DNA of 64,000 nt from Octopus bimaculoides (taxonomy: Eukaryota): contig NC_068985.1 of NCBI RefSeq assembly GCF_001194135.2, positions 11,552,655 to 11,616,654 of the forward strand, in the 5' to 3' direction. This document shows positions 25,150-38,682 of this stretch, in pieces; positions within the stretch are counted from its first letter, which is position 1, and every line of letters begins with the position of its first letter. The notes beneath the pieces are model-generated. The model was not told the DNA's origin and searched no databases. It saw nothing but the letters and a program-made list of their open reading frames with translations. The position numbers and the translations under genes were made by a program.

Positions 25150-26274
25150 AATTCTATGTAATGACCATTATTTTACCATGTCTTTTATATATATGATGGA
25201 TTCTCTTGTCGTCAACGACAAATGAGGGTCTTGTATATTCATCATATATATAATCCATCACATATATAAATATGATCGATTCTCTTGTGAACAGCAAATG
25301 AGGGGCTTGTAAAATAGTGTTAATCATGTTTTACGGTCGGGAATGTTTCGTGTGGCCTGCTGGTACCTTGCAAACATATTGGCCAGTGGAACAAGTTAAC
25401 AACTCAGTGGATCATTCACTATGTATTTTTTTTTTTAGAATGGACAGCAAGGCCTTCATTGCGTGAGCTACGAAACCACAATGACGGGTACGGTTTCCAT
25501 TTAGGAGAGCAGCGTTTTACCAGTGTACTTTATGTGTATATGAATTATGCGTGTATCTTAATTCCTCTGGTAACATGTAACCCAGAAGAACATGTCCTGC
25601 TGTTGGGATATCAACAGCCAACACCGCGGCTCTTATAAGTTGGGACTCACTTAAGCATACTACATGAAACTCCTATTCTTACTAATTATGCGCTGCTGAA
25701 AACAACGGAGTGTACCAAACATGCTTCTGCGTCTTTTACACCACCAAATACCAAACTTTGATTCCCTCCACAAACGAGTAAAAACCCACATGGACACACA
25801 TGGACGCTCGGTAACCTTAATGCTTACTAGTCACCACCCAGTTAAGAATGATAGTTTTCTACCTGAATTGTGCGAGAGAACATTATGTCATCTTGTTTAC
25901 ATAAACACATATCAAACGGTGTGACTGTGAGAAAAGAACGATAGAAATTCTTGTTTTCTGTTAATTAATTGAAATCTAAATATAATTAATAATTAATAAT
26001 TAATAAAAAATAAAATGTGTTTACGCTTTAATCCTTCCTAACTAGCAACACAAGATTCCATTTGTTTTTACCAAAGAAAAGAAAATAACAGCTTAAACAA
26101 ATACATATTTCAAGGCTGCTCTAGTATTTAACAAGCTATATCAATGTGCATTCACGTAAATACAGAAATGCCTATATGTACATTTTCTCTATGTGCGCAC
26201 TGACACGTATACACACTCACACATGCACACTAACGCATAAACACGAATAGTGTGTTTCTCTCACTATATATGTA

Positions 26275-26310
<36 letters not shown>

Positions 26311-26434
26311 TGTATGTATGTATGCGTGTAGTTATTAAAGGATACAGTTCTTTATATATCATTTAATACTTTAATACGCTTTACACCATTTCATGGAGAG
26401 AACGGTAGTGCTCTATAAACATCAATTATATGTA

Positions 26435-26503
<69 letters not shown>

Positions 26504-26867
26504 GTATGTACTTTTTCAATGTGTACAAATAACACGGAAAAAATAAATAGTTACCAGGGTAGCAGAATATTCACATAAATAGGAAGGATGGTACACCCTA
26601 ATTATAAAGGTAGAAATTCCAGGGTTTAGTGAAATGTTTTTGTATAACAGATAAATAATGAAATGGAGTTAAACGCAGGTGTTATTCAAATCTTTATACT
26701 TCCGACACATGTTTCGAAGAAAACATTGGTATTATTCCAGAGGGTATAAAAGGATGTAAAACAATGCGATATTCTCATTAGAGAAATAAAGAAAAACAAA
26801 ACACATCAATAGGTCATTTGATTACTGCGTATATGATGAAGAGAACATTGGAAAATTATCTTTTTAG

Positions 26868-26964
26868 TGGAATAATTGTTTATAGAAAAATGAGTTGACA
26901 TTGAAAACAAATCGTCAGGAATATTAAAAGTGTGCTAATATAGTTGATTATTGAAAACGATATA
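26868..26964 (+). repeat. 97-bp dispersed duplicate of 28120-28216
   Basis: 96/97 identical (GAGTTGAC versus GAGCTGAC); both copies are followed by T-runs. Confidence 0.93.
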
Positions 26965-27453
26965 TATTTTTTGTTCGGTTTTTTTTTTTCAATAACCAAC
27001 ACCAATTCTATTTAGATATACCATGGCCGCAGTCTAATCACCGATACACATAAAAGAGAAAACATACATACACACATACAAAATTATGCAAGACTTTTCC
27101 CAAGTTTTAAATATATAGCATTGTTTTCGTAATCTACATTTTAGAGATGGAGCTTTGTATCTTTGTTAGAAACCAGCTCTTCCCATGCACGTACGCGTCT
27201 TTGTGTGTGTGTGCTTGTGTTTGTGATGTATATTTCACTGTTCACTGCTTCACAACTGGTGGTTATGTATTTAAATTCCCAGTAATATAGGGGTTAAGAA
27301 AGAGATCGATGCAAAAAGTACCACTCATACAAAAATTAGTACTAGGGCTGATGTGTACGGCTAAACGCCTGAAATTAAAAAGAAGTTATATGTATGTGTG
27401 TGTGTATGTATGTGTGTACCTATGTCTATCAATGTGTGTCTTTATCTTTCTAT

Positions 27454-27657
27454 CCACCACTACTTGACGATCAGTGTTGGTTTGATTAAGTCTATGTTAT
27501 TTAGCAGTTCGGCAGAAGAGCGGTTCTGTATAAGATCAGTTCGGCAAAATTGGAAGAACGTAAGTAGAGACCGATATTTTTCGTATCTAAACCCGTCTAG
27601 GAGGTGCTCCATCATGGTCGCAGTCCATTAGTTGAATCAAGTAAAAAACAAAAGATA
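27454..27657 (+). mobile_element. Degraded 3' half of a tRNA-SINE (35612-36062 family)
   Basis: CCACCACTACTTGAC..GTGTTGGTTT..GCAGTTCGGCA..GGAGGTGCTCCATCATGGTCGCAGTCCATTAGTTGAATCAAGTAAAA. Confidence 0.65.
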
Positions 27658-28365
27658 CTAAATGTTACACTCTATGTAGCTCGTCATTCCAAGTTTTCTA
27701 TATTAATGACGCGCCTGGGCCTTTTACAATAAGAGCAAAATTTCCAACTGCTAAAATCACGTGGTGTTAAAAAGGAAATGAAACGCTGTATAATTTGATA
27801 TCATGTACATCATATCCGCATAAATGTGTGGGTGGCCACGACTTGTTTAATCAGGCTTACATGGGGTTAATGAACAAAACAAGAGAAATTCCTTCAGCTG
27901 AGGAACGCACACGAAAATTCTACTTTCGTTCTGTAAATCGCTTCACTTCACTTTGTCGCACCTGCATGAGAAATCTATCAGAAATCTATGTAGAATAATG
28001 CAACTCTTTAAGATCAATATTAATCGATAGAGAAAGCAAAGAAGAAAACCTCAATATTTACATAGTTTTCAATGGGAAGTAACAATTAATATTCAAAAAT
28101 GATAACAAATAAAATATAATGGAATAATTGTTTATAGAAAAATGAGCTGACATTGAAAACAAATCGTCAGGAATATTAAAAGTGTGCTAATATAGTTGAT
28201 TATTGAAAACGATATAGATTTTTTTTTTTTTTTTTTTTGATAATCTACCACATTAATACACTGTGGAGAACCAACAAAAATCGATGGACAATAGAGAATA
28301 GATTGTAGCAAATAACAGAGGTGAACCGAAAGAATCTGAAGAAAACATTTATGTATATCTACTCA

Positions 28366-28366
<1 letters not shown>

Positions 28367-28434
<68 letters not shown>

Positions 28435-28435
28435 G

Positions 28436-28472
<37 letters not shown>
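28367..28472. repeat. (TCTA)n microsatellite
   Basis: About 26 near-perfect tetranucleotide units. Confidence 0.95.
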
Positions 28473-28474
<2 letters not shown>

Positions 28475-28525
28475 CTTTCTCTCTCTCTCTGTATACATGT
28501 GTGTTTATGCGTGTACAAATATACA

Positions 28526-28649
28526 TATTCTTTACGTGTTTCACTCATTCACTCATTAGTCGGCGGCCATGCTGGGGCAGCGCTTTGAACACTGATTTAT
28601 TCGAAGGATTCGATACCAGTAATAATAATAACTATTATTATTATTATTA

Positions 28650-28733
<84 letters not shown>

Positions 28734-29080
28734 ATATCATCATCATTATTATTATTAGCAGTAGTATTATTTGTTAAGCCTCATACTTATTCTATGTTTC
28801 TGTTTTGCTGAACTGCTAATATACGGGGACGTAAACACACCAACACCGGTTGTCAAGTGGTGGTGGTGGAGAACAGACAGAGACACAAAGCCATATAAAC
28901 GCACTCACACACACACGCACCAACACTAACATACACAAACACGCAAACCCGCATATGTGTATATATGTGTATATGTATACGACAAGCTTCTTTCAGTTTC
29001 CGTCTACAAAACCAACTCACAAGACTTTCGTCGGCCCAAGGTTAAAGTAGAAGACACTCACCCTAATGTGTTGCGTAGTG
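28526..29080 (-). mobile_element. tRNA-SINE (35612-36062 family) with an internal expanded compound trinucleotide microsatellite
   Basis: Colinear with 35612-36062 (GGCCATGCTGG, ACGGGGACGTAAACACACCA, CTTCTTTCAGTTTCCGTCTAC, GTAGAAGACACT). A TAA/TAT/TAG/CAT tract of about 150 bp lies at 28620-28770. Confidence 0.82.
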
Positions 29081-29921
29081 TGCCTGGCCCTGGGGCCCTG
29101 TGGGAGGTATGAAATAATACAAAGCCCAATATCACCACCGGATCCTTCTATACATCTTTGTAATCTTTCGTGCAATTCCACCCTGCAGTTTGACCGTGAA
29201 TCCCAAGAAAGAAAGAATCGCCCATGTCAAATATATATAGGTAGATAGATAGATAAGTAGAAAAATATATCATTAGTAAAATAGATAGAGAGATAGGAAG
29301 GTAGATCGATACATAGATATATTATGTGTCAGACATATATATTATAGATCAGACTACGCATTGAGTCGCTCCTGTATTCTTATTGATTAAATATTTTATG
29401 AACTTTTGATCTCAGTACATAACTTCTTGGCAAGTGTCCTTATGAACGAAGTATTGGGAATGAAACTGAGTGGGAGGAAACTGATCAGAAGCCCATCGAA
29501 ATATAATGACCCCGTAATCTTCAGAGCTAACCTTTACACAACGAATCCTGAGAAACTTACTGAGATCCACTTACATTTTTTTCTCTCACCATAATCAAAA
29601 GTCATCTCTCTGTCTCTTTCTTTCTCTCTTTNNNNNNNNNNNNNNNNNNNNNNNNNNNNNNNNNNNNNNNNNNNNNNNNNNNNNNNNNNNNNNNNNNNNN
29701 NNNNNNNNNNNNNNNNNNNNNNNNNNNNNNNNNNNNNNNNNNNNNNNNNNNNNNNNNNNNNNNNNNNNNNNNNNNNNNNNNNNNNNNNNNNNNNNNNNNN
29801 NNNNNNNNNNNNNNNNNNNNNNNNNNNNNNNNNNNNNNNNNNNNNNNNNNNNNNNNNNNNNNNNNNNNNNNNNNNNNNNNNNNNNNNNNNNNNNNNNNNN
29901 NNNNNNNNNNNNNNNNNNNNN

Positions 29922-29970
<49 letters not shown>

Positions 29971-30555
29971 CATATATATTTCTCTGTGTGTGTGAGTGTG
30001 CGCGCGTGCGCGCGCGTGCATATACATAACACATGACCAGAGCCTGAAAGATTGCATTAAGATACATGACATTTTATAGCTCTGCTTCTTCATTAATTCA
30101 TAATAGTATGAAAGACTTGGTAGCTCATTCTGTATATATATAGGTATGTATATATACGTACACATACATTATGTTTGTATATACGTGTACATCTACATAA
30201 TAATAGTAATAATAGAAACAATAATTCTGTCGAACTTTCAGACTAGACCACTAATTTCCGGAGGAAGTGATCAGCCAATGCCACCGACCTCAACATTATT
30301 TGACAGCCACTTTCTTTTATCAACGTCGGAGTGATGTGGCTACACTATAATAGATACCTGTGTGTGTTTATGTATGTTTCGTATGCATTGCATGTATGTA
30401 TGTATGTATGTATGTACGTATGTGTGTGTATGTGTGCGTTTATGTGTGTATGTGTGTATGTGTGCGTGTATGTATGTATGTGTGTATGCATGTATGTGTG
30501 TGCAATATGTGTGCATGTGTGTGTATGCATGCTTGTATATATGTATGTAAGTATT

Positions 30556-30589
<34 letters not shown>

Positions 30590-31283
30590 ATATANNNNNN
30601 NNNNNNNNNNNNNNNNNNNNNNNNNNNNNNNNNNNNNNNNNNNNNNNNNNNNNNNNNNNNNNNNNNNNNNNNNNNNNNNNNNNNNNNNNNNNNNNNNNNN
30701 NNNNNNNNNNNNNNNNNNNNNNNNNNNNNNNNNNNNNNNNNNNNNNNNNNNNNNNNNNNNNNNNNNNNNNNNNNNNNNNNNNNNNNNNNNNNNNNNNNNN
30801 NNNNNNNNNNNNNNNNNNNNNNNNNNNNNNNNNNNNNNNNNNNNNNNNNNNNNNNNNNNNNNNNNNNNNNNNNNNNNNNNNNNNNNNNNNNNNNNNNNNN
30901 NNNNNNNNNNNNNNNNNNNNNNNNNNNNNNNNNNNNNNNNNNNNNNNNNNNNNNNNNNNNNNNNNNNNNNNNNNNNNNNNNNNNNNNNNNNNNNNNNNNN
31001 NNNNNNNNNNNNNNNNNNNNNNNNNNNNNNNNNNNNNNNNNNNNNNNNNNNNNNNNNNNNNNNNNNNNNNNNNNNNNNNNNNNNNNNNNNNNNNNNNNNN
31101 NNNNNNNNNNNNNNNNNNNNNNNNNNNNNNNNNNNNNNNNNNNNNNNNNNNNNNNNNNNNNNNNNNNNNNNNNNNNNNNNNNNNNNNNNNNNNNNNNNNN
31201 NNNNNNNNNNNNNNNNNNNNNNNNNNNNNNNNNNNNNNNNNNNNNNNNNNNNNNNNNNNNNNNNNNNNNNNNNNNNNNNNNNN

Positions 31284-31320
<37 letters not shown>

Positions 31321-32036
31321 TAAACTTATAAATTTTAAATAAAATCGCTGGTCATACAACGTAATACTTTTAAACATCGACCAAAAAGCACAATTGGTAA
31401 TTCTTACAACTTACGTTAAATCATATTAATTGTAACCGTTGCAGCCATGACATTCTTCATCAGAATAATGATTTGTATATATAAGTACTTCCTGAATTTA
31501 ATGTACTTTTGAGTAGATGTGTATAATTAACGCAGTAAAAGTGTTGCTTGAACAGACAACTGTTGGAATTACACCTTTACAAAATGTTAAATATTTCGAA
31601 TTTATTATACTTATACTTATTATATCCATAGCATCGTTAGTGCTTTTGGTAATACGAATTATATAGAGCTGAATGATTATGTCCCACCACGAAGTAATGC
31701 ATTTTCAAAGATTGAACCTTGGAATGTAGAAAGACGTGGAGAGAAGATAAGTCCAAAGTAAGAGAAAATAGCAGTTTAAAGTTTTCGATGAAACAAAGTT
31801 GAAATCACCAAATAAGGCGTTTTATGAAATGATTTGAAATCGTAATATAAGGAGATGTACCTATCAATATAACGAAACCAACATGAACTGGCATTAGATT
31901 ACTGAAAAATCAACGTTTATAGCAATCAGTTAAATGTATATTTTATTACGTAAATTCTTTCACTTGTGTCCTCAGTTGAAGCTGTAGTGAACGTGACACT
32001 GAGGGAAGGTAGATCATATTGCGTGTGCTTATACAT

Positions 32037-32085
<49 letters not shown>

Positions 32086-34155
32086 TCATATACATATATA
32101 CATATACATACACACATATAAATAAATGTATAAATATATATACTTATGTAACCACATATAACGTGTATGCATGAATATATGTATGAATGTGTGTGTGAAC
32201 ATTCTGTTCTGTTTGAATAACAAAAAAATGAAAATAAGCAAAATGTTTTAAATAGAAATCGATAAAGTGAAAACGATAAGAGGAAATGTTGCTGATATTT
32301 GCAAATAAAATCCTAACGGTAGTGTCCTAGGTTGATCTTGGTCCACTGACAAAAGTTACAAAACAATATTAGGAGAAATTGTCAAATGTACTAACATAAG
32401 GCGAAATATATGTGATACGGACATATTTTCATATACATACATATATGCATATATACATACATACATGTAAATCGACAGCGACATATGAATTCCTAAACGT
32501 CGAGAGAAGATGAAATAATTCTATTTTGGCACGTTGGAACTCGAAGTAGATAAGTTATAAATGATATCATGTAAACACCGAGTTAAAAATTCATTTGGAT
32601 TGAAAAAGTTGAAGGGTGCCTCTGTTTTCGATTAAAAGGGGTTTTTTGACGCAGTATGTACACATAAAAATATTTGAATTTATCTGCTTCAAAATACAAA
32701 TTTCTGAAAAAGTATGTTATATATATATATNNNNNNNNNNTATATATTTATATACACGCATATATTTATGCGTCTATATATGTATAGTATGTATTTATGC
32801 ATCTATATACACACGTGCGTGTGTGTGTGCGTATGTATGCGTAAATAACTATGATACGAATGCGAGACTATGTATAATTCATTGTCTGTCGAGTTCAGCA
32901 ATATCGCATGCAGTCATAAATATAATGAGACGACTAATTTTGTATAATTATCTCATTTATAATTTTCTTGTTGTCTGCTTGATGGTCGTTGTTCTTAATA
33001 TTTATTTAATATTCTTTCTTGTTTTGATTATTTGTTTTATTATTATTTTTCTATGTACTGTTTTTGTATTTTAAAATCTTTATATATAAATAATCATATT
33101 AAAAGTATTTAAATAATTCTTTGTTTATTCAACGGCACAATGGCGTAGAAATGCTGTTTTGTAATACTAATTTACATACCTTGTTTTCACTTCTGTACTC
33201 TGCCAGTAATGTGTAGACCAAGAAGGAAAGTGATTGAGAGGGAACGTGTGTGTTTGTGCCTGACTGTGCGTGTGTGTGTGAGAGAGAGAGAGAAATAAAG
33301 AAGGAGAGAAAGAGCGATAAAGCGGGGGAAGATAAAAGAAAGAGAGGAAAAATATGCAAACGATCAGACAAGAGCTAATGGGAGAGAATGAAAGCTAGAG
33401 TAGGAGTAAAGAAACAACCAGTGTAACAAATTAAATCTTATATGACTGAATGATTCACTTCAAACTCCCACCACTTTCGTGTATGCAAATATATTTACAT
33501 AATATTTTTGCTCGGATACTATCTCTGTACGCCATAGGTTCACATATATACGAGCGAATAGATGCTGATCTAATTGTTAATGTAGTTATCTTATATGAAT
33601 CTTTAACCGTTGCTTTGCCCAATTGAACACTCGTCTCACGTAAACGATCGTTGTTTCCAAACACAGAATCGACCCATGTCGTCTTTTCCATATTATGACA
33701 AAGCTTTTTCAATAATTTATATTCTGCAGCGCATAAAATTACTTCATTCATTCATACATTCATTCACATGTATTGACATCTTGTGTCGTATGCGTTCTCA
33801 CATACACTTACGCACTCACCACATATAGATCCATTGAAGCACAAATATAAATATATATACATATATACATATATACATATATACATACATAATATATCTA
33901 GAGTGAGGAAGAATGGAGACAGATTACTGTAGAGAGAATCACAAAAATGAACACATATTCACACACTCACACAAGAACAAACATCGATAAATTCACCTCA
34001 GACACTGGAGTTCATTGAGACAAACACAACACCCACGCAGAAAATATTCCACCTAAAATTGGACTTCACTCTGATCACGCTCGCTATTATTCTTATGTTG
34101 TTCTCAATCGACCACTTTTGTCTGACCCGTCCTCTCCTTCCTCCTTTCTTTATTT

Positions 34156-34209
<54 letters not shown>

Positions 34210-34497
34210 TGTCATTCAACTGCAGCTAAACTGTAGCAACACCTTCACGTGATTAGTCAAACATATCCACTTTAGTACTTACAAGTTTTATAAAAGACCC
34301 GTACGTATTGTATAGATCCTAAAGAAACCTATACAATACCATTTGACACGTAGTAGAGTACAAGAGTATATACATGTGTGTGTGTATGTGTGTGCGTATG
34401 TGTATGTGTGTGTGCTTGTGTGTGGTGGAAGAGCTTTAGACTATATATTACACCTTCTTAACAGAATATAACCTGTGTGTATATATATATATATATA

Positions 34498-34660
34498 CGA
34501 AAGCGCGTAGCTTAGTGGTTAAGGCAATCGGCTCACGATCAGAATGTTGTCAGTTCAATTCCCGGTGACGCGTTGTGTCCTTCAGCAAGTCACTTTATTT
34601 CACATTGCTGCAGTCCACTCAGCTGGCAAAAATGAGTAGTACCTGTATTTCGAAGGGGCC
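34498..34660 (+). mobile_element. 3'-truncated CORE-like SINE (OR2-like)
   Basis: GCGCGTAGCTTAGTGGTTAAGG..AGTTCAATTCCC..TTGTGTCCTTCAGCAAGTCACTTTATTTCACATTGCTGCAGTCCACTCAGCTGGCAAAAATGAGTAGTACCTGTATTTCG. Confidence 0.8.
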
Positions 34661-34874
34661 AAATTTCTGCGTATTTGTGCGTCATTCATCGGTAGCAAGT
34701 ATCTACTATCAACTGCATTCTTAGAGAAACCTATCCTCTAGTGACACAGAAAAATATTGATTTACAAATCACTGATACCCATTAGTGTCGCAAACAACTG
34801 GGTTGAGTTGGGTAAAAATCCTTTATTAACGTTGTAAGCGGTATTGCTTCAGATTAACCCTGTATATTTACTGA

Positions 34875-34907
<33 letters not shown>

Positions 34908-35611
34908 CGGTAGAAAGCACCAAACCTGTAGTATTTATGTTACGTTCAAAGGCTTTAAAATCCACACGAAGCTCACTGGTGCTAAGTTTATTTTGGGTTT
35001 TAAATCATATTTGATTAGTGAGTACCAGAATTCAAGTACTAATTTGTGAGATTAATTTTTAATTTCCTGATAATATTAACCACTTATATTTGAATTTTTC
35101 CCTCTGTTGCATCTAAGATGTTTGTGTTTTTCATCTAAGAGAAAAATCTCAACTAATTAGTAGTTTTATGGTGTGCGATAATCACATCTGCATTTATTAT
35201 AATTACGTAAATTTATACCATTAGCCATTTCAATTGCAGCTCTTAGCTAATTATATTTTTAAGTATGCAAATTATATATTTTAAAATTTTATGGCATTTT
35301 TTTTTTCCAGAAGCAAAGAGTATGTGTCAACTGAACGGCAGGCCTTGTTACACTATACTACATTAAGGAGTTCTAATAAACCGAAACATGTCCATAGTTG
35401 TTTCTTGTCTACAAAGATCAAACATTCAATTATGCATGTAAATTAAGGTCAAGAAACCAGCACCTAATGTCTTGATATTATTTACCCTTTCCAAAAAGGA
35501 TATAATCAATTACTGTTTGGTAATATCTTTGCAAATATAATGGAAATTCCTTTAGATTAACTCTAAATTTTTTCTAAATCCTAAAAGTATTAAGTAATAG
35601 TGTTCATGATA

Positions 35612-35858
35612 TACTCTTTACTCTTTTACTTGTTTCAGTCCTTTGACTGTGGCCATGCTGGAGCACCGCCTTTAGTCGAGCAAATCGACCCCAGGACTTA
35701 TTCTTTGTAAGCCTAGTACTTATTCTATCGGTCTCTTTTGTCGAACCGCTAAGTTACGGGGACGTAAACACACCAGCATCGGCTGTAAAGCAATGTTGGG
35801 GGAACAAACACAGACACACAAACACACACACATACACACACACACACANNNNNNNNNN

Positions 35859-35889
<31 letters not shown>

Positions 35890-36062
35890 ATATACATATA
35901 TACGATGGGCTTCTTTCAGTTTCCGTCTACCAAATCCAATCACAAGGCTTTGGTCGGCCCGAGGTTATAGTAGAAGACACTTGCCCAAGATGCCACGCAA
36001 TGGGACTGAACCCGGAACCACGTGGTCCGTTAGCGAGCTACTTACCACACAGCCACTCCTGC
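35612..36062 (-). mobile_element. Full-length tRNA-derived CORE-type SINE with internal (TA)/(TG) tract
   Basis: Minus strand GCAGGAGTGGCTGTGTGGTAAGTAGC..GGTTCCGGGTTCAGTCCCA..TCTTGGGCAAGTGTCTTCTACTATA..; the tail is (AAGAGTA)-like. This is the best-preserved copy of a family with at least 5 copies in the window. Confidence 0.9.
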
Positions 36063-36099
36063 AAAGAAAAACCAATATACTTGTAGTTGGAAGAATTTT

Positions 36100-36360
36100 G
36101 ATCGTAAGATTTCGATCACAAGTGACCATGGGATTGAACCTAAAAGGTTCCCCTCCGAGATAAAAGTCTAGGCAAGTTTGTTTATGGAAGATGAACTGTT
36201 GCCTATGTATAGCAGTCTTCCCTCTCCACGCCACAGAAGTTGTCCAAGGGAAATGCAAAGTCCGATAAATCTTGGTACCAGTGACGTCGAAATTCATTTC
36301 TACAGCTGTGTGAACTAGAGCAACGGGTAATGAAGTGTCTTGCTCAAGAACGCAACACAT
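36100..36360 (-). mobile_element. Headless CORE-like SINE with a distinct tail
   Basis: Minus strand TGTGTTGCGTTCTTGAGCAAGACACTTCATTACCCGTTGCTCTAGTTCAC..AGCTGTAGAAATGA, then a tail (..TTCCATAAACAAACTTGCC..AATCCCATGGTCA) unlike those at 23417 and 34498. Confidence 0.7.
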
Positions 36361-37442
36361 AGTCCATGTTACGAAACGTACCTGATATTTTCAGAATAAT
36401 GATAGTAATAACTATTCCAAATATTGTCTGGAGAACAGCGATTTTGAGAGGACAGAGAAATTCTATTACATCGACTCCAGCACTCGGAAAGGCATAGGTA
36501 ACACGGCGGAATTTCAATTTAGAATGTAACGATCCGGATAAAATTCCACTGCACATTGTGTCCGATGGTCTGATGATTGTGCCAGCTAAACGCTTTAATA
36601 ATTCTTTCTATTTAAGTCAGAAGCCTGAAGTTCAAGTGAGGGTACCAGTTGATTATAGCTCCCCCAGGTCTCAACCGATACGTCTTTCGTCTACCCCGAA
36701 TGGAGGAAACGCGAAGTCAACTTCACTGGAAAGTTATAGTCAGACTTCTATTAGAAGTGACGCTGAATTATGAGTACGGCGTGCTTACGACTCTGTCAGT
36801 TTGCCGCCTTAATAATTATAACAATAGGCATAATGAAACGAAACAGCAACGAGTGGAATTGTTGGCGTATCTTATGCAGAAAGGTTTCAAAATACAAATC
36901 ATAACTAATTTAAAAAATTGCGAATGGATTAATTAAATATATCAAAATTTTTGCAAAAACATCATCTCTGTGTGAATATGACAGGAGAAAAATGCTGAAA
37001 ATCAAATACAGTGCACATTGCAGATATGTATATATTACTTTTAATCCAGGACATCTTATAGTGTTAGAATGTATAAATAAGACATAATTAGTTTGCCGGT
37101 GGAAATAAGGTTTGCTTGTATGGGTACCACATGCTTGTATGAGCAATATAGAAATAAGCAACACAAAACGAACAGTACTAAAAAGAAAGGACCGAACGAA
37201 CTCTATATTTGTGTACGTTGAGGCAGCAAATTTATGGGTTATTATAAGGATGTAAGCTTCTAAAATGTGAGATGTAGGGGGAAAAATAATGGATTTAGTA
37301 TCAATACATAAATGGATATGATAAGCATTTCATTCATCTAAAAATATATTTAACACTGAATGTGCTATACGAAGGTTGTATGTGAATAAAATAGAGCATG
37401 ATAAGGGAATCGCAAATACATCAAGTATATCGTATAAATTGC

Positions 37443-37478
<36 letters not shown>

Positions 37479-38205
37479 AACACTCACACACGCACAAACT
37501 CTCATTTCTATGCATATATGTCTGTGCCTATGACTTTAACAGCAGCGAAAGACGGAAAGAGGGAGAAAAGAAGGAGCAGAAGATGGAGAGAAGGAGAGAA
37601 GATGGAGCAGAAGATGGAGCAGAAGAAGGCTTTTTACAGAAGGTAAGAAATTTGAATGAAAGGAATGAAAATAATGGATGATCTATAAATTTCATCTCCT
37701 CACTTTCTCTCTCTCTCTCTCTCTCTCTCTNNNNNNNNNNNNNNNNNNNNNNNNNNNNNNNNNNNNNNNNNNNNNNNNNNNNNNNNNNNNNNNNNNNNNN
37801 NNNNNNNNNNNNNNNNNNNNNNNNNNNNNNNNNNNNNNNNNNNNNNNNNNNNNNNNNNNNNNNNNNNNNNNNNNNNNNNNNNNNNNNNNNNNNNNNNNNN
37901 NNNNNNNNNNNNNNNNNNNNNNNNNNNNNNNNNNNNNNNNNNNNNNNNNNNNNNNNNNNNNNNNNNNNNNNNNNNNNNNNNNNNNNNNNNNNNNNNNNNN
38001 NNNNNNNNNNNNNNNNNNNNNNNNNNNNNNNNNNNNNNNNNNNNNNNNNNNNNNNNNNNNNNNNNNNNNNNNNNNNNNNNNNNNNNNNNNNNNNNNNNNN
38101 NNNNNNNNNNNNNNNNNNNNNNNNNNNNATATATATCGATGAATAGATTGAGCAGCAGATACCTAAGCATTTGCTTACATGCATAAACAAATATTTATAC
38201 ATTTC

Positions 38206-38249
<44 letters not shown>

Positions 38250-38273
38250 CCTATCTATCTATCTATCTATCTT

Positions 38274-38308
<35 letters not shown>

Positions 38309-38601
38309 GTATATATGTGTGTGTGTGTGAGTCGGGATGCACTTATATATATACATACATACATACATACATACATACATGCATACATGCATAATCATAC
38401 CATCAGATACACTTAGATGTACATAATTAAACCGATAGATAGATATATATAAATTACATAGTTTATATACATTGACAGATACATGGTTTAAATGATTAAG
38501 TGAGGGATAGATAGATTATATGAATCAAAAATAGTTATATAACCAAATAGTTATGAAAAAAGGCAGACAAATAGATGAGGATAGATTGGGGGAGAGAGAG
38601 A

Positions 38602-38682
<81 letters not shown>

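Noticed and set aside
37543-37641. Purine-rich segment ending in AAG|GTAAGA as an exon
   Set aside because: All three frames are open only because of low-complexity GA composition (AGAAGATGGAG repeats).
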